NCBI GenBank assembly: GCA_020536535.1
Contig: JAHLWZ010000810.1
Location: forward strand, 73,122 to 127,055
Direction of reading: 5' to 3'
Source: Pelomyxa schiedti
Lineage: Eukaryota; Protista; Evosea
Length of the DNA: 53,934 bases
In this document: piece after piece, positions 9,961 through 20,276 of the stretch
How positions within the stretch are numbered: position 1 is the stretch's first letter
How the letters are laid out: each line of letters opens with the position of its first letter
Translations under genes and position numbers: made by a program
Notes under the pieces: model-generated
Seen by the model: the letters and a program-made list of their open reading frames with translations, nothing else
Told to the model about the DNA's origin: nothing
The model's database searches: none

Positions 9961-12077
9961 TTAAAGTACAACCTGAGGCACAAAAACCTCTTTAATTTTC
10001 CAGTTGGCAGGGTTCCAAATTACACGGGTACACCTAATGAATTTGAAAGGTACAACTCTCCTAGCTAGCTCTTGGGCTATGGCTGACTGTTGTGTGTAAA
10101 TGAATTCCGCTTCTTTATCGATTAAAAAGGCTTGCTGCTTGCACTCATTTGAATCTTTCAAGAGTTTTAGAGTAGACTCAAAATCTTCCTTTCTACAGGG
10201 GAATGAGAAATGAGACACCTTCAAGTTGATGGTTGGGTGCCCTTACTCGTGAATGCGGTCGTATTGTGCCATGGCAGCACTTAAGTTCCTTGCAAACCAC
10301 TCTGGAATACGCGAAAAAAGGGGGTATTCAGCTTTTAAGCGGCGGGATACTTCTTGCTCATGGTTGTCCCGTTTCTCCTACAATATATTCTCAATTGGAA
10401 ATGTCACAGCAAATTGAAAACCTTGTGCAGTGCAGAAAGATGAAATATAAGTCTTACGCAATCTAGATGCTGCAAGAGTTGTTGGGTGATATGTGGATAC
10501 TGTAATAGGGAAAGTAAGAAAACGAATTGTGAGGTGTGTTTTACCAGTGCCTCCAATTTCTCAGAAACTTCCAGTATTTTTTCCCTAAGTAAGCGGTTGA
10601 ATTCCTGAAGTGAATCAGGTGGTTTCCAGAAAGTATGTAGTTTTATACCACAGCACACTTATCAGCCAACTGCCCTGGTGTGAGTTCCAGCAATTCTTCT
10701 TTAGTCATTGATTCCTGCACTTGCTTACAGAACACATGTTTCACAACTTTCCATTGCTCCTCCGCTTCCACCACCGCATCATGAAGAGTGGTCCAAAACA
10801 ATCTCATATGAGCATCTTTGGCATTGTCTTCACATGCACTCCTACTTTTGATCATGAAAAGGCGCAGATCAAGCATGAAATCGTCAAGCCTTCAAGTGGC
10901 ATAAGACTTAAGACCAACAACACTCATCCACCTTCTGTGGCATATCATGGGCTCCACTGTGGGAAGAGGCATAAAATCTCTAAGTTGGAACCGTTTTCTT
11001 TGAAGCTCAATCTCCCTTTCACGCTGATGGTTCTAGAAGTTCTTTATTATTTGATGTATTTTTTTTTGGTAGGACCAATCAGCACTTACATTCATGGCAG
11101 GGACCATGTCTTTCAATCCTACCAATAAGTCTGCAATCCCTCTTACACCCCGAAGAATACTGCAAATACATAAATTCTTTGAGTGGAGTTTGTGCAACTT
11201 ACTTTTTTATTCCATTTTTCACGCTGAAGAAATTTCCAATAATCCTATTTGGCATCCAGACCACTACAACACGCAGTGCAGCTGCCATACTACCTACGAG
11301 GGCACCATTAACACGCTCATGGCCAGTTTGTACAAGGCGGGACAGCTTCCACAAATGAAATTGCCCTGGGAAATTAACACTAGGGACATCAAATTCTGCC
11401 TTGGCTCGAATTTGAGACAATTGAGTGGCATTCAACTATGTGTGAGTTTTCAAAATAAAGCAGTGTCAGGCAGGATTACCTTTTTACGTCCATCAGAACC
11501 CATTGCTATTCTATTAAGGTCATCGTTCTGAGGCCTTTGGAAAAGAGGAGATTTGGTCTTGGCCTCCTCCCTACCACAAGTTTGTATTACATGGCAATGT
11601 ATTACTTAGTTTGTGATGTACACCCCACCCAAATTCTAGTAACAATAAAAGCCCAGCATCATTCAAGGGTGACCCAAAAACAGAAATCCCAAATTTGGAC
11701 ACACAGAGATTTACCCACCCCTTTGGCGGCTTGGGCACAGCCAATGCGCTCTCAGGCAGCCTGAAAGTGACTCGGTTCCACAGGAAGCACGCGGCGTGCA
11801 CCGCGTCGCCCACGGCGCGCCTCGCCGTGTACGCGGCGGGTGGCGGGTCCCCCTTGGGCTGCTGCTGCTGCCGCTGCGGCGGCATCGGGGCCAGCGGCAC
11901 GGGGCCGCGGCGCGCCTCCATCACCCCCGCGGCCCCCCCAGGAGCCGGGCCCCACTCCGCCTCCCACTCCACGGCCCCCAGCTCGGGCGGCGGGGCCGTG
12001 GGCGACGACGTGCTGCTGGTGGTCGCGGTCGTGGTGGACGTCGTGGGGGTCGTGGCCTCGGCCCCTTGGTCGTCCAT
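9961..12077 (-). CDS. Hypothetical protein with a GC-rich, Ala/Pro/Gly/Thr-rich 5' exon (11571..12077) and normal-composition downstream exons.
   Basis: The ORF at 11571..12077 (MDDQGAEATTPTTSTTT...AACFLWNRVTFRLPESALAVPKPPKGW) runs from a 75% GC island into normal-GC sequence without a stop. Minus-strand ORFs at 11199..11435, 10643..10876, 10404..10658 and 9961..10224 look more protein-like than the plus-strand alternatives. Confidence 0.35.
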
Positions 12078-12270
12078 GTTTATTGCTTGTTTGTTGCCTT
12101 TGTTGTTTGTTTTTTTTTTTTGTTGTTGCGGACAAGTGCCTTTTTAGGGGATTTCGGTTTCAAAAAAAGTGAAACAGCATTGACTTGTTTTCGTGTGGCG
12201 GGTTTTGGTTGGGCATGGAACATAGACACGCAGAAACTGGCAATAGGACATCTACTCGTAGACTTGGGGA

Positions 12271-15200
12271 TTAGAAGAATGACCTCACTTTTCGCTTCTT
12301 CCACATTTGTTTTTGCCTGCTCTCCTTGTTGGTCTCACATTGCTGCTGCTCAAGTTCATGCATGATTTTCCGCTTGCTCTCCTCACGCTCCTGCTTCTCG
12401 CGGATTGCATCCTTCCGCTTCAGTTCGGCGATGAACAGGGAGTCGCGGTGGAGCTCCTTGTTTGTGAGCTTGAGCTCCTTTCGCTTCTTTTCCTTGAGCT
12501 TCTTTAGCTGTATGGTCTGGGCCTCGGGGTTCCCGGTGGTGTCTGTGTAGAGTGATATCTTGTCCCTCAGAGTAAGATCCTGTAGTTTTGGCGTGTGCAT
12601 GGGGAGCGGTGCAGGGTTTCTTCTGGGAAGCGTGGAAAATCCGAGCTGAATGCGGGACTTTTCACGTTCTTCTTCCACTTCGTAGTGGGCAACGATGTGC
12701 AAGAAGTTGTTGATTTTGTCTCTCGTCGATGTTGGTAGAATGTACTTTTTAACTTGCTCTGATCCGGTTCCTTCTGCACAGTCATCTTGCGTAACAAGCT
12801 TTGCAAGTAACTGCCGGTGTGTGTGGAAAACCCCACCACCACAATGGTAAAGAGGCGGGAGTAAGGCATTTGTAGGCAACACGGGATTTGAAGTATCTAG
12901 GGTGTACTGTTTCTCAAATAATAGCAGAAGATCAAGGCACATATCCAAGCATTGAAGAGTAAAAGTGTTGCTTGCTAAGGGCATTTCCGTTGATGTTACT
13001 GGTAGCTGGAACTTGGTGGGTGTTGGTGGGGGGGCTTTACAAATCCCAAATGTCAGGAGCCCTGGCGAAGTATCAATCAGGGAAGGCATATCAGAAATCT
13101 GTTTCACTGCTTGAGGTCTAATATGGTCCTTGTCATATGTAATTCTTTTCCCCTTGTTCCTTCTAATTACTTCTGACGAACTGGGCTCGTCAGTTTCACT
13201 ATCACTGAAGTTTGTGTTTAGAAGTGTCACTGAGGAATCAGGACTGTCAGGGATCTCAGCCTCCTCAACGTTTTTGCGTTTCTTTCCTGCAAGCACCTCT
13301 GGTTCTTCAGAGGTTTGGCCGGAAGGTAGACCTTCACACAACAAATGCAAAATACATGCCAAGAAGTTCAGTACCTCGGGGACAAACTTGTGAGACTGTT
13401 TTATGTAATGCAGCAGTGTTGTACAAGCGAGAAATCCGGAAATAATTCCTCCTGTATTACGTATTGGACACATGCAAAGACTTTGGGATAATATCAGCAT
13501 TGCGGGGGTACAAATACTGTGTCTCATGTCAGTGCACGAGAACATGTCTGAAAATAATTTCAGTAGTAGGAAGTCTCTCACTGTGGGCCAGTGTAATTTG
13601 CTTACTACGCCAAAAATTCGTTTTAAGTGGTCATGTGCATAGGCAGGTGCCCCAGCAGGGCGAAGGGGTGGAAGAGGAGTTTGCGGCTGTTCTTCCCCCC
13701 TTTGTTGTCTGTTTCTCAGCTCTATCTTGTTTCTCCTGTCTGCTTCTTCAAAAGCTTCCTTGTTTTTCTGTGCAAGTTCGTGGGAAGTTGAGGTATAGGG
13801 CTCCAGCTCTTTGGAAAGAAATAGGAGAACGCGGGTAAGTGAGTTGAGTTCTTCCATGGTTCCAGAGACATAGAACCTCTCCAGTAAAACGGAGAAGAAT
13901 ACTGCAATTTCAGATGTGTTTTGCGGCTTTAACGTTGGGTGATGCCCGATAAATATTCTTCTGGCCACTAATTCGTGTTGATCAGTTGGAAGTGATTTGA
14001 TTATGTCTGCGTATTCCTCAAGGTTCTTGGGAACCGTGTCGAAATTGAAAGGAAGTTGCAAACTCCTAATATCCAAATCAGTCAGTACTCGCCTCCTTGT
14101 CTGAGTGTCATCTTCAGGTTTTTTTGATGTCTTGTTCTCATCGAACTTTTCAGAAACAAGAACATCCAAAGCAGTGCCCCATGCCCCTGCGTTAAATTTG
14201 TCCTTCTTTGACGGATTGGTATTGTCGTTCAGAATGCGCTCCGCCTCAGCAAGTTCGGTCCATCTGGCTTCATCCATTCCCTCACTTTTCATTCGTTCTA
14301 ATCTCTGCTGCTCTAACTTTCTAAGTTGTTCTTGTTGCATTTTGGCGATTTCCACTGGTGATTTTACTTTGTCAGCAGCTGGTGCTGTAGATTCAAACGT
14401 GAGCTCTCGAACAAGTTGGTCATACTCAGCGTCCTTATTAACACTTGGTGTCGTCTGTGTTGTTGCAGTGGTAGTTGCACCTGTGGATGTTGTTGATGGA
14501 GTTGGAGTTGCTGGGGTTGGGTCTGGCTCATTTGGAGTGTCACTTTTTTTTCTACGTGCAAGTAGGTCAGAAAACCCTTGGAGCTGGGAAAATTCGTCAT
14601 CCAGTTGTGCAGTTAGTTGAGCTCTCTGTTCTCTATCTTTAGCACGTTCTGCACGAGCTAACTTTGACTTGGCAATAATTTCATCATATACGTCCCTGGA
14701 GAGGCACTGTTGGATGAAATTGTTTGAATAGCTTATTGAATGCACATTTATCAATAAATTTCTATGCTCTTACTTGGCAGATTTGCGCTTGTCATCTTCA
14801 TCACCACCACCAAAATGCGCTTTACTAACCAAATCAGCACTCAAGTCATTATCTTCCTCTTCAGCCTGTGATTTTTTCCTAAGACCCCGAAAAATAAACA
14901 AGAAGCAAACCTGCACTTCAGGCAGAGCATTATAATCAAGAGGCTTGCCACCATGTGTGAATGAGATATCTCCAACATCCTCATCCCCATCAGTGAGGTT
15001 GTAACGGGCCGCTCGAACTTGGGCTTTGGAGGGTGCAAAACGCTCCTGATGCCATCGCAAAAGACGTTCGGTCTCGGTAGGTTCCATCTAACCAATCAAG
15101 GTGAGAAGGTGAAAGAGCTTCACTACTATAAAGTAAGTCATGAAAGCTCAATCAATCATTACCAAATACAGATAACACCCCACAAAAGAAAAAACAGAAA

Positions 15201-15807
15201 ATATTGGCCGTACCACAGCAGGACCCAGTGAGGTACCACCCAGAATTGGGTTTTTTGCCCTGATTTTCTTCCTCATGTCCACAAACACATTCGACTTGCC
15301 GGTAGCCGCGGACACATACTCAGGCAGCAGTTTACTCCTCCTCTCCTCGAACCCCTTGGTCTGCCCCTTCACCCTCCCCTGCTTTGATTTCCCCCCCGCT
15401 CCCTTGGGCCCCTTCTCGCCCCTCGCGGCGCCCCCCGCCTCCTTGTTGGCCGCGGCGCCCCCCGCTGCGGGCGCGGAGCCCTTTTTCGCGGCCCCAGGGC
15501 GCTCCCGCGTGTAGCCGCTGCTGAGGCGCTCGCCCACGACGCGCTTGCTGCCCATGGCCTTGGCGACTCCCCCGCCCTTGGGGCCTCGCGCGCCGCTGCC
15601 CAGGCCCCCTCGCGCCGGCCCGTCGTGCTCCTGCGTGACCTGCTGGGAGAGCGCGGCGACCTCCTCGTCCAGGCGGTGCATACGGCCGCCGAGGTCCGAC
15701 TTCGGCTTGGGCTTCGCCGCCCCTGCTCGCCGCGACGCGTCGTGGACGGACTTGGCGGCGCCCTTTATCTTGTGCTTGCCCCCTTTGTGCGCCTTGTGCT
15801 GCGGCAT
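12271..15807 (-). CDS. NOP14: Nucleolar protein 14 (NOP14/Nop14 family; SSU processome, 18S rRNA maturation), multi-exon.
   Basis: An 827-aa terminal exon plus upstream exons reproduce Nop14 landmarks. These are KSNVFVDMR (compare KSNVFRDKRFGE), YNLTDGDED..FTHGGKPL (compare YNLNEDEELTHYGQSL), LSADLVSKAHFGGGDEDD (compare LSAELTAAHFGGGG), DAEYDQLVRELTFE (compare DAYDMMVRELGFE) and a basic C-terminus KKLKEKKRKELKL...KRKVRSFF. The N-terminal exon MPQHKAHKGGKHKIKGAAK lies in a GC-rich island, and the start ATG is the reverse complement at 15805-15807. Confidence 0.85.
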
Positions 15808-16373
15808 TAGAGTGTAATTTCCAATGAGCAACTGCAAACAGCCCAATAAACTGATTTTCCGGTAAAATAAGCTTGCCTCAGACAGACATCGCGGCACGCA
15901 ACTGTCAGGCAGTCCACTTCCTGCCCTTGTTCTCTGCCATGGGCCTTGTTTCCTTTTTAGTCTAAAAAAAACACATCGAAGAGCAGATGATGTCATGAAA
16001 AAGGCTGGAAGTAACATTCCTGAAGGTAAAAGTGCTATTGTGTGCTGTGCATTTGCACACAGTATTACTTGTGTTAAGAGTCTTGGAAGACTCCTAACAC
16101 AAGCTATGCAAATACACAGCACCACACAATAACCACCTTGACCTTAAGGATGTAACTTCAGCCTCTTGGATGACATTCAGTCCTCCTTGGTTTCTGACAC
16201 ACGCTGTCCCTACTTTGTTTTTTCTTTTATAATTTTTTTATATCTTTCTAACCACCCTGCACGGCTCCCACCACACATGCAAAAAAATCAGAAAACCCTT
16301 GGACAATTAGTCATCATTCTAACCTCGACTTGGAAATTTGTGATCGTCACCAACCTAAAAGTTTGGTGGCGGT
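15808..16373. promoter_or_regulatory. Divergent intergenic region between NOP14 (-) and the 16374 gene (+). It is a putative bidirectional promoter and contains a 94-bp imperfect palindrome.
   Basis: A head-to-head gene arrangement leaves about 560 bp of non-coding sequence. The inverted repeat lies at 16037..16130. Confidence 0.3.
16037..16130. repeat. Imperfect inverted repeat (hairpin-capable palindrome) with arms of about 42-46 nt and a 6-nt spacer.
   Basis: The left arm is attgtgtgctgtgcatttgcacacagtattacttgtgttaagagtc. The spacer is ttggaa. The right arm is gactcctaacacaagctatgcaaatacacagcaccacacaat. The inner 15 bp pair with 1 mismatch, and the outer 20 bp pair with gaps. Confidence 0.7.
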
Positions 16374-17660
16374 TTGAAGATGATGAGACAACCGCAGCAC
16401 ACTGTTTCGCTGAAGGCACGGGACCAGTTCGCATCGTTGTTGGCGTCGACACACCCTCGTTGTGGTCGTGGTGATGGTCACCAACACGGTTTGGTTATCC
16501 GAGTTGTGTGGGAGTACTGCATTGGGGTGACCAGGCTTTTCTGTGTGCCCAGCATGGATTGCGTGGCTCAATTCAGAGTGTCTGACGTTCTGGGTTCCGT
16601 CGTCGGCGGTGTTGGCGAAGATGATGATGAGGTGGTTCAGTGGGTGGGCGGGCCCGTCACTGCCCTCCGTGTGATCAACGCGAACCACTGCAACGTTGTT
16701 GAGTCTGCGTTCCATGTTGACGGCTCCACATTGTCGTTCTACCTCAGGAACATTTGGAGCAATGAGCGATTGTTCCTGGCGAGGGACTGTGAGCTGGCCG
16801 ATAAAACTGCACTGAATGCGAAGTGGTTTGTTCTCCTGAGAGCTACAACGCGGAACCTGCTGATTGCATCAACAACAGCCGCGGTGGAACGAGGTTCACA
16901 AGATATCTTCCCATGTGCCCCTATTGTTGAAGTGCCCGTACCCATCACTGATGATCATGGTGATCGCGCCCTTATCAAGTTCTTTCTCAACCACTGGCGC
17001 CACGACGAAGGTATATTGTGCATTGAGAAAAGTGGCCCCAAACCAGGGACAACAGGAGATGATGTCTGGACCGTGGAGCTGACAAGGGTTGACCTTGCCC
17101 AAACGTGGACATCAAAAGGATTGACAGTGCTGGATTGCACAAGGTTCTCATTGGACGTTGTTCAGCACGTGGGTGATGCCTTGGTTATGCTCAAAAGAAA
17201 TGGTTCACGTGCTTTCATTCTGTCTGCAAGCCATCAATCCACGCGGAGGCAGAAACAAGTCATCCATGCTGGTTCTGCTGTTTTTGTTTTGCCTCGTCCA
17301 AGCAGTGCACAAGGAGATGATTGGGAAGTTTCCCTCTCACAGCTGAATGAATCCCTCTTCTGTGTTGCAACCATGTCGCACTATGGCTTGTGTCCCCAGT
17401 CTTTGGCAATCTGGGATGTCAACCACCTCACCAGCTACACAGCTGGGCCCCTGAGAACAATCGAGCTGAGCGCCTCGGTTCATGAAATCTTCGCAGAGGG
17501 AGGCCTGCTTCTCAGCAGAGGTGATAACTGGGGAAACTGTGACATTGTGGTTACTGAACCGTCGACTGGGGCGCTCATTCTGACCCTCTCTGGTAGAACT
17601 GGGCAGCAACCACTGGCTCTCGCCTTCTCTGTCTCGACAAACAACAAAAGCTATTACTAA
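16374..17660 (+). CDS. Hypothetical protein in a single 428-aa ORF. Upstream exons in another frame (16166..16474) are possible.
   Basis: Long intron-free ORF with balanced composition, ending ...GRTGQQPLALAFSVSTNNKSYY*. I recognised no family. Confidence 0.45.
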   Translation: MKMMRQPQHTVSLKARDQFASLLASTHPRCGRGDGHQHGLVIRVVWEYCIGVTRLFCVPSMDCVAQFRVSDVLGSVVGGVGEDDDEVVQWVGGPVTALRVINANHCNVVESAFHVDGSTLSFYLRNIWSNERLFLARDCELADKTALNAKWFVLLRATTRNLLIASTTAAVERGSQDIFPCAPIVEVPVPITDDHGDRALIKFFLNHWRHDEGILCIEKSGPKPGTTGDDVWTVELTRVDLAQTWTSKGLTVLDCTRFSLDVVQHVGDALVMLKRNGSRAFILSASHQSTRRQKQVIHAGSAVFVLPRPSSAQGDDWEVSLSQLNESLFCVATMSHYGLCPQSLAIWDVNHLTSYTAGPLRTIELSASVHEIFAEGGLLLSRGDNWGNCDIVVTEPSTGALILTLSGRTGQQPLALAFSVSTNNKSYY

Positions 17661-17984
17661 GATTGGGGAATATTGAGTTGAGTGCGTGCCTTGGCCAGCC
17701 TTCTTTTTTTTGAAGTAGCACGTAATAACGTAATAATTTGAGGCAATCACCAAGCTCCTCCACATCAACAAACGAAGAAAATTCCCTCAGAAATTCAACA
17801 AGAAGCAGCTCTCCACCCACGTCACCTGTTGCCACACAAAGTCCCCAAAACTAAGAACCCAAGGATCTTCGACCAAGCCCTTCCTACGAGGAATCTTCAA
17901 AACTGGACTGCCCCTCCGAAAAGCATGGCCCGTTCCAAGACTCATTGACAGGTCAAACACTTCCTGTGCCATAAAACGGTTTCG

Positions 17985-19464
17985 TTAATTCAACCCCAAA
18001 GAATCCATCTCAAATTCTTTAGGATCAAAAAGGGATGTGGGAATAGCAACTGGGTCGCGTGTGTGCCGGCACAGGAGGGACCACACATCCTCAGGCATGT
18101 TTAGAGCTATTGTGTTGGCCATTTCCACATACACTCTATTAACATCAGGGAGCATCTGGAACAGTGGATAAATGCTTGGAAGATGTTAGTGGTGCACAGA
18201 GAAAAGGATAAAAACCTGGGTTGGGCCAGAATTTCTGTTCTGTTGAGTACGAGTTGAGCCACGCAAGTAGGCACAGACAGGTGGCATCCAAAGGCAAAGA
18301 AGAAGTCCCACAAATAGAGAACCTGCTCAAAGGGAGGTGTGGATGCGCACAGACAGAATAATGCTGCATATATATTTCATGGAAGTGAGTTCGTTGGGGG
18401 TAAGAGAGGAAGGGTAGGAAGTGAGGAGGTGCTGAAGAAGTTCAAACAACGTTGGAGCACTAAGACAGGTGAGAAACGCTTGGCCTTGAGGTTATTATAC
18501 AACTGAAGATCGACTTGCTTGAGTATCACGGTAAAGAGCTATTACCATGTAAATAAGATATAATGCAGGGTTGTTGCAAAAGAAATTACTTTGGTAGCAG
18601 TGTGTGCACCTACTAGGGCCGGATTAAAATACATTGGAATGTGATGGAAAATTAAAACACAAAATGTGTGAAAGGCATCCAGTTCTGTGGGAGGAGGGTG
18701 AGGCTTAATGGGAAACAGGATTTTGAAACCTGGCATAACATGCAGGAGGCATCCAGCTATCAAGTTCATTCCTTGAATGTACCCTTGTACCTTGGTTTTA
18801 CTTTCAGGTATTGAATGTACAAAGGCATTCAGAAGTCTCCGAAGTTTAGGAGTAGAGGCATTGGAATTGTAAACCTTTTTCAAGATAAGGTACAAAAAAA
18901 CAAGACAAGATGTGGCAAGGTTGATGGGTTTCAAAAAAACAAAAAAAAAAAAAAAAGTACAGGATCATGGGCAAATGTCCTCTCCAGATCTCTCTCAATG
19001 ATCTCAAAATCGCTTTGAGGTGCAGGCCCCCTTCTAATAAGAGCTACATATCTGGTTTTTTTTTTTTTTTTTTAAGGTAGTTGTTAAAAACCAAAAAAAA
19101 ACCAAAAACGCAACTGGTCAGCACTGACAGTCCTGACACCCAGCAGTGCCTTCCATATCCTGCCCCTCAAGCTGCACCTCGTGTCTGTGCCCGTTATCTC
19201 CTCGGTCGACTGCCTGGGCACCCCCTCCATCAGCACCATCGTCCTCAGCTCGTGCAGCTTCTCCACCGCCCTCTCCGGGTGGTCGTTGGCCGCCGCCAGC
19301 GTCGCCTCGTACTTGTGCCGCAGGTGGTGCTCCCCCCGCGACGTCGGCACCCGCGCTACCCCCCCGAACGCCCCAGACGCGCTCTGTTGCAGCGCCGTGG
19401 CCGCCATCGATGACGATGATGTGGTCGGCCCAACGCCCGCTCCAGGCACCGTGGCTGCTGCCAT
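17985..19464 (-). CDS. TBC-domain Rab GTPase-activating protein (multi-exon, GC-rich 5' exon).
   Basis: The 5' exon reads ...LHELRTMVLMEGVPRQ...SLRGRIWKALLGV, which contains the TBC arginine-finger region. A middle exon reads GYIQGMNLIAGCLLHVM, matching the YxQ glutamine-finger motif. The C-terminal exon, read by hand, is FQMLPDVNRVYVEMANTIALNMPEDVWSLLC...* and stops at 17985-17987. Confidence 0.75.
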
Positions 19465-19576
19465 TCGAAGAAAAATTGTTTTCTGAGGAACGATGCAACA
19501 AATTTTAGTAAAGTGGCCAGCTGTGTACCGGCAGATACTGATGGATTGAGAGTTTCTTACAGCTACGAGCTGTAGA

Positions 19577-19635
19577 CAAGCACACTGCCCTCTTTGGTAC
19601 GGTAAAAGAGTCCACCAACTCTTTCCCGAGATTTC
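19577..19635 (+). repeat. 59-bp direct repeat, copy 1.
   Basis: caagcacactgccctctttggtacggtaaaagagtccaccaactctttcccgagattt. Confidence 0.85.
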
Positions 19636-19994
19636 TTATGCCTGCTTGCTTGCCTGTTCCCGCTGCTGCTACTACTAGCTAGAGTCAATCCCCATCATCT
19701 AGGAGGCACGCCAACACACCACCCTGGAACTTGAACTGATTCCACACTTGTAGAAAACGATTCAAAGTAGCAGCCAATTTATCTTTCAATCGTCTCTGGT
19801 CACGTTGCAGTCCAGGTAACGTAGAGCTAGCGTGTCGCAGGTTATCACGTCGTGGCACCCATGCGGCGACTTGATAACCTGTAAAATGAAGGTTCAATAA
19901 TTATTGTTGGGACAGTCAAGGGCTCGCTAACAAGTTGGAACCAGTTTATGGGAAGTCACAACAGCCCCCCGACACCCAGGCAGGGCGATCAGAG

Positions 19995-20053
19995 ATAACT
20001 GCACAAGCACACTGCCCTCTTTGGTACGGTAAAAGAGTCCACCAACTCTTTCC
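19995..20053 (+). repeat. 59-bp direct repeat, copy 2 (58/59 identical to copy 1), 418 bp downstream in the same orientation.
   Basis: caagcacactgccctctttggtacggtaaaagagtccaccaactctttcctgagattt. Confidence 0.85.
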
Positions 20054-20276
20054 TGAGATTTAACTGCACGGCGGGACGAGAGAACAACCCTTGGACTGGG
20101 ACAGCGCCCAATTTAGCATATCTCACTTTCTTTTTTTTTTTAAAAAAATGTTTTGTTTGTTAGTAATTCCACAAGCAGGATCCTTCTTATGTTGGGCATG
20201 TCACTTTGCGAGAAAGTGAAGGGGCATTCTCGGCTTATGCACTCCGCGAACTTGCAGGCTTTTTGGGAGGGATCAA

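Noticed and set aside
11796-12365. 189-aa and 110-aa plus-strand Arg/Gly/Pro-rich ORFs, and a minus-strand ORF at 11752..12135.
   Set aside because: They are alternative frames of the same GC island. The minus-strand frame at 11571..12077 is preferred because it continues into ordinary sequence and further minus-strand exons.
17337-17972. Several 60-140-aa minus-strand ORFs just downstream (on the minus strand) of the TBC gene stop.
   Set aside because: The TBC C-terminus was traced to a stop at 17985. These ORFs lack recognisable motifs and may be 3'UTR or antisense of the 16374..17660 gene end. They are left unannotated.
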